Shown here piece by piece: positions 56,000 to 64,000 of a stretch of 64,000 bases of DNA. Source of the stretch: the human T2T-CHM13v2.0 reference genome, Homo sapiens; assembly GCF_009914755.1 (NCBI RefSeq), contig NC_060943.1. One strand, given 5' to 3'. How positions within the stretch are numbered: position 1 is the stretch's first letter; the number at the start of each line of letters is the position of its first letter. Under the pieces are notes generated by a model that saw nothing but the letters and a program-made list of their open reading frames with translations, was not told the DNA's origin and made no database searches. Both the position numbers and the translations under genes were made by a program.

Positions 56000-56946
56000 T
56001 GAGTAGCTGGGACTATAGTCACATGACTCCTCTAAATGAACTCCTGGCTAACTTTTGTATTTTTTGTAGAGGCAGGATTTCGTCATGTTGCCTAGGCTGG
56101 CCTCAAACTCCTGGACTCAAGTGATCTGCCCATCTTGGCCTCGTAAAGTGCTGGGATTACGGCTGTGAGCCACCATTCCTGGCCTTATTTTGTGTCCAGC
56201 TTCTCTCACTCAGCGCCACGTTTCCAAGGCTCACCTACGTTCTAGCCTGGATCCGAGCTTCATTCCGTTTTATGGCTGCGTAGTATTCCACTGCATGGGT
56301 GGAGCACGTTTTCTTTATCCAGTCATCGGTAATGGACATGCGGGCTGTTGCACAGAAGGATCCTTTTTATTTTCTCCCTAGCTTTGCTGAGGCATCATTG
56401 ACAAATAGAAATTACATCTATTTAAGGTTACATGATATTTTGATATCCATTATGTGTTGTGAAGTGATTACCACAACCAAGCTAACAACACATCCAACAC
56501 CTCACCTAGACACCTTTCTGGTGTGTGTGGTGAGAACACTTGAGTCTAATTCCTCAGCAAGTTTCAAGAAAACAGTATGCTATAATAATTATTATTATTT
56601 TGAGACGGAGTCTCGCTCTGTCACCCATGCTGGAGTGCAGTGGCGCAATCTTGGCTCACTGCAACTTCTCCCTCCCAGTTCAAGCAATTCTCGTGCCTCA
56701 GCCTCCTAAGTGGCCGGGGCTACGGGTGGGCACCACCGTGCCTGGTTAATTTTTGTATTTTTAGTAGAGATGGAGTCTCATGTTGCCCAGGCTGGTCTCA
56801 AACTCTTGAGCTCAAGCAATCTGCCTGCCTCGGCCTCCCAAAGTGCTGCGATTATAGGTATGAGCCGCCACACCTGGCCTGCTATTATTAATTATAGTCA
56901 CCATGCTGTACCTTAGGTCTCTGGAACTTTTTTCTTTTAGAGATGA

Positions 56947-57354
<408 letters not shown>

Positions 57355-58136
57355 TAAGTGAGGTCATGCACTATTTGTCTTTCTGTGTCTGGCTTATTTC
57401 ACTTAGCATAATGTCCTCCAGGTTCATCCATTCCAGAGGGGTGTTTTAAAAGACAATCTTGGCCGGGCGCAGTGGCTCACGCCTGTAATCCCAGCACTTT
57501 GGGAGGCCGAGGAGGGCAGATCACCTGAGGTCAGGAGTTCAAGACCAGCCTGGCCAACATGGTGAAACCCCATCTCTATTAAAAATACAAAAATTAGCCA
57601 GGTGTGATGGCGGGGACCTGTAATCTCAGCTACTCGGGAGGCTGAGGTAGGAGAATTGCTTGAACCTGGGAGGCAGAGGTTGCGGTGAGCCAAGATCACG
57701 CCACCGACTCTAGCCTGGCCGACAGAGCAAGACTCCGTCTCAAAACAAAAACAAAAACAAAAGACAATGTTGAGTGGTGGGTCTTCTGCTTTAACCCCTC
57801 CAACACCTCTGACTCCCGCCTTGTCTCCCTCCAGCCATGCGGGTTCCCACCCTCCAGCCTCAGCCTGTCCCCATCTGTGTCCCTCAGACTCAGAGGTGTC
57901 CTCCCCAGAGACGCAGACATGGGCCTCTGCCACCCTGTATTACAGTGCCCTGCAGTCACCGCCTGCCTGTGCATCCCTTGCCATGCTGTGACCTCTTGTG
58001 TCTCTGTTTTCTTCTTGGTAAAACGGGGATACCTCAGAGGGCAGCTGTGCAACAGGACAAATTCACACACGAGACACTCGGGATGCTCCTGGCACACAGA
58101 CAGGGTGAAGCATCCCTTGTCCCCATTGTCACCTTC

Positions 58137-58829
<693 letters not shown>

Positions 58830-58865
58830 TCATCCATCCCATCCCTGCTCCATACTTTTACTTGA

Positions 58866-59019
<154 letters not shown>

Positions 59020-59884
59020 TAGCTAGGATTACAGTCACACGCCACCACGCCTGCCTAATTTTTGTATTTTTAGTAGAGATGACGTTTTGCCATGTTGGTC
59101 AGGCTGGTCTTGAACTCCCAACCTCAGGTGATCCACCTGCCTTGGTCTCCCAAAGTGTTGGGATTACAGGCGTGAGCCACTGCTCCCGGCCTTTTCTTTG
59201 TTTTGTTTTGAGACGGAGTCTTGCTCTGTCGCCCAGGCTGGAATGCATTGGCGTGATCTTGGCTCACTGCAACCTCCGCCTCAAGTGATTCAAGAACCTC
59301 GAGTGATTCTCCTGCCTCAGCCTCCTGAGTAGCTGAGATTACAGTCACAGGCCACCACACCTGGCTAATTTTCGTATTTTTAGTAGAGACGGGGTTTCGC
59401 CATATTGGTCAGGCTGCTCTCGAACTCCCAACCTCAGATGATCCACGCGCCTCGGCCTCCCAAAGTGCTGAGATTACAGGCGTGAGCCACCGTGCCCAGC
59501 CTTCTAGATTTTCTTTCTACTCCCAGAAGAATGGAAACTCCTGAGGCTGGAACTTGGTTTCCCCGACTCCTGTCTCCTGGTTCCCTGAACACACAGTGGG
59601 TCCCCAAGCAAAAACTTACTGAAGACAGGGGAGTGACTAAGGACGGCAGTGAGGATAGCCGGAGATGGGGCGTCTGCCCTGTGACCTGGGGGACCACGCC
59701 TGACCCCCACAGGCAGGGTGCCATTGCCTTAGGGGTACAGACAGAGTTCCCCAGGAGCACGACGCCCTCTCCCCAGAGTGGCTCCCCTAGGAAGCTCCAG
59801 ACACCCCCAGGAACCAGCCTCAGCTTGGCAGGTGGTGGGTGTCCCCCGGGAGACCCAGGCCTGACCATCCCTGAGGCCTCTGGA

Positions 59885-60952
<1,068 letters not shown>

Positions 60953-61482
60953 AGGGAGTCAGGACACAAAGAGAGTGAGGAGGGAGGCAGAGATGGGGGC
61001 AAGGGCCTGAGCCACAGAACTTTAAAGAAACCATTTACAGGAAACAGCAAACGACAGGGTGAGCATCTAGCTGGGCTCTCCAGCAAGGAACCACCTGAGA
61101 TGCCTGGGACAGTGACGGACAGCTCCAAGTGCCAGCCCGAGCAGCTTCCACGTGTAACTCATGTAATCCTAATAACCATTTAGGAAGGAGAGATGCTTGT
61201 ACCCACAGTTTACAGAGGAGGAAAGTGAGGTCCTGTCATTGAAGAGATATACCCAGGGACACTCAACTGGTAAGGGGGCTTGAACCCAGGGAGGGCTGGC
61301 TCCCCAGGTTGGGCTTGGTGAGCTGTGGGGGGATCCTGGGGGGCCAGAAGAGCCCCCACCCCCGGGCCCACACTGTATTTGAGTGTCTATGCAACCTCAG
61401 AGCTGGTCACGCCTGGACGTTCTACACCTGGGAAGCCAGGTGAGCCCACACCTGTGTCCGTCCCCACCTTGCACCTCAGTAG

Positions 61483-62055
<573 letters not shown>

Positions 62056-62863
62056 TAGCCTGCAGTTGCCATGGCAACCCTCTGCGTGCTCGAGTGGGTG
62101 GGAGTCTGAGTGCCTTGGGTGGGGGGTGGGGGAACCAAGGTGGGGATCTGGGATCTGGGCCCCCTTCATGGTCTCCTCCCTTCCTGGCAGCAGCCGGCCC
62201 CTCCACACACAGCCCTCTGGCTGCATCTCCTGCCTCCTGCCCACTCCCCAAACCCAGCCGCCCATGAGCCCGCCTCCTTCAGGAAGCCCTCAGGCATCCG
62301 GCAGGTCCATAAGGAAGCTGCAGGCCCTGGGGTGACTATGAAGGATCAGCTGAGAGTTGAAGCCCCTGAATTTCAATCTGCTGTGTAGCTTCAGAGCAAG
62401 CACTTGGCCTCTCTGAACCTATTTCCCCATTGCTGCTCAGGGACTAACAGACCTACCTCGCAGAGACAGAGCACGTGCCCAGAGAGGGCCCAGGTACATG
62501 ATCCTCGGGCAGGGCAGGGTTCTCACAGCATCTCCAGTCCCTGCCCCATCCTCCAGCTCAGTGGATGGCAGCCCAGTCCCTCCAGGGGCTCAGGAACCGG
62601 ACAGTCATCCTGGATCCCTCTCCCCTCACATCACATCCAGCCCCGTCAGGTCCTGTGGCTACTCCTTCAGAGTCCACTCACCTCTCGCCACTCCTCAGCT
62701 TCTCTGGTCCAGCCCCATCATCTCCTGGCTGGACCCCACTTCCCCACCTCACTGTCTACACCTCGTCTCCCTATCTATCTGCCACCCCTGTCCCATCCAA
62801 TCTCTACCTCGAGGCGAGAACAATCTTTGCAAAATGAAACTGTCTACAGTATGTTTCCCCCAG

Positions 62864-62879
62864 GGCCACCAGAGGGCGC
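62864..62879 (+). promoter_or_regulatory. CTCF core motif GGCCACCAGAGGGCGC
   Basis: Near-consensus match; lies in L2-like sequence. Confidence 0.6.
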
Positions 62880-63060
62880 GTGTGAGCATCTAAGTCAGCC
62901 GCTTCCCTCCTCTGCTCAGAACCCTCCGTGGCTCCCACCTCACTCGACCAAAAGCCAAAGTCTGTATCATACAAAGGCTCTGCACTGGGCCGGATGTGGC
63001 GGCGCACACCTGTAATCCCAGCACTTCAGGAGGCTGAAGAGGGCTGATTGCTTGGGCTCA

Positions 63061-63369
<309 letters not shown>

Positions 63370-64000
63370 TCACAGCTCCTCCTGCATCTTCCTTTTGGTC
63401 TTTCCTCAAACATCACTAGTTCAGCAAGGTCCTGCTGGCCCCCACACTCCTACACCATGTCCTGACTTGATTTCTCCATACCTATCACCAGCACGCCATG
63501 CATTTTATTTGCTTATGAACTCTCTGCTACTAGATGCTGGCTCTGCAGGGTGGGGTTTGCATACTACACTCAGCACAGCGCCTGGCACAAGCAGGAAGCT
63601 GAAATATAATTGTTCAATGAAGAACCTTTTAAAGGTCACCCTGGAGCTGGGCACAGTGGCTCATGCCTGTAATCCTAGCACTTTGGGAGACCAATGCAGA
63701 ATTGCTTGTGTCCAGGAGTTTGAGACCAGCCTGGGCAACACAGTGAGATCCTGTCTCTACAAAAATTTAAAAATTAGCCAGGCATGGTGGCACACACCTG
63801 TGGTCCTGGCTACTCGGGAGGCTGAGGCAGCAGGGTCATTCAAGCCCAAAAAGTCAAGGCTGCAGTGAGCTATGATCATGCCACTGCACTCCAGCCTGGG
63901 TGACAAAACAAGACTCCGTCTCTAAATAAAATAAAATAAAGGTCACCCCGGCCACCAAGCAGCACTGGACTGCAGAGGGGTAGGGGTCGTTCAAAAAATT

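Overview
Human (primate) genomic DNA, recognisable from its encoded proteins as the ASF1B / ADGRL1 (latrophilin-1) locus on 19p13. Left end: ASF1B coding exon 1 (minus strand, 2960-3068); its other exons lie before the window. It sits in a CpG-island bidirectional promoter with CHR, E2F, CCAAT and ETS motifs. The promoter also has a plus-strand first exon (donor after 3835), consistent with lncRNA ADGRL1-AS1, followed by a 6 x 28-bp tandem repeat. ADGRL1 lies on the minus strand from about 14390 to beyond the window end. I rebuilt 23 coding exons from GT-AG junctions; they total 4425 nt (1474 aa + stop), from the ATG at 50255 to TGA at 17525, and include 15-nt and 18-nt microexons. The remainder is Alu-, L1-, L2-, MIR-, LTR- and DNA-transposon-rich. 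There is no prokaryote-type system here. The best leads are: a candidate unannotated ICL3 microexon; a triple tandem acceptor at splice site A; a possible intronic-polyadenylation tail-less receptor; a cell-cycle-promoter-driven antisense unit that may end in an MSTA LTR; and a tRNA T-arm/B-box-like repeat array. Repeat subfamily calls are by eye and their boundaries are approximate.
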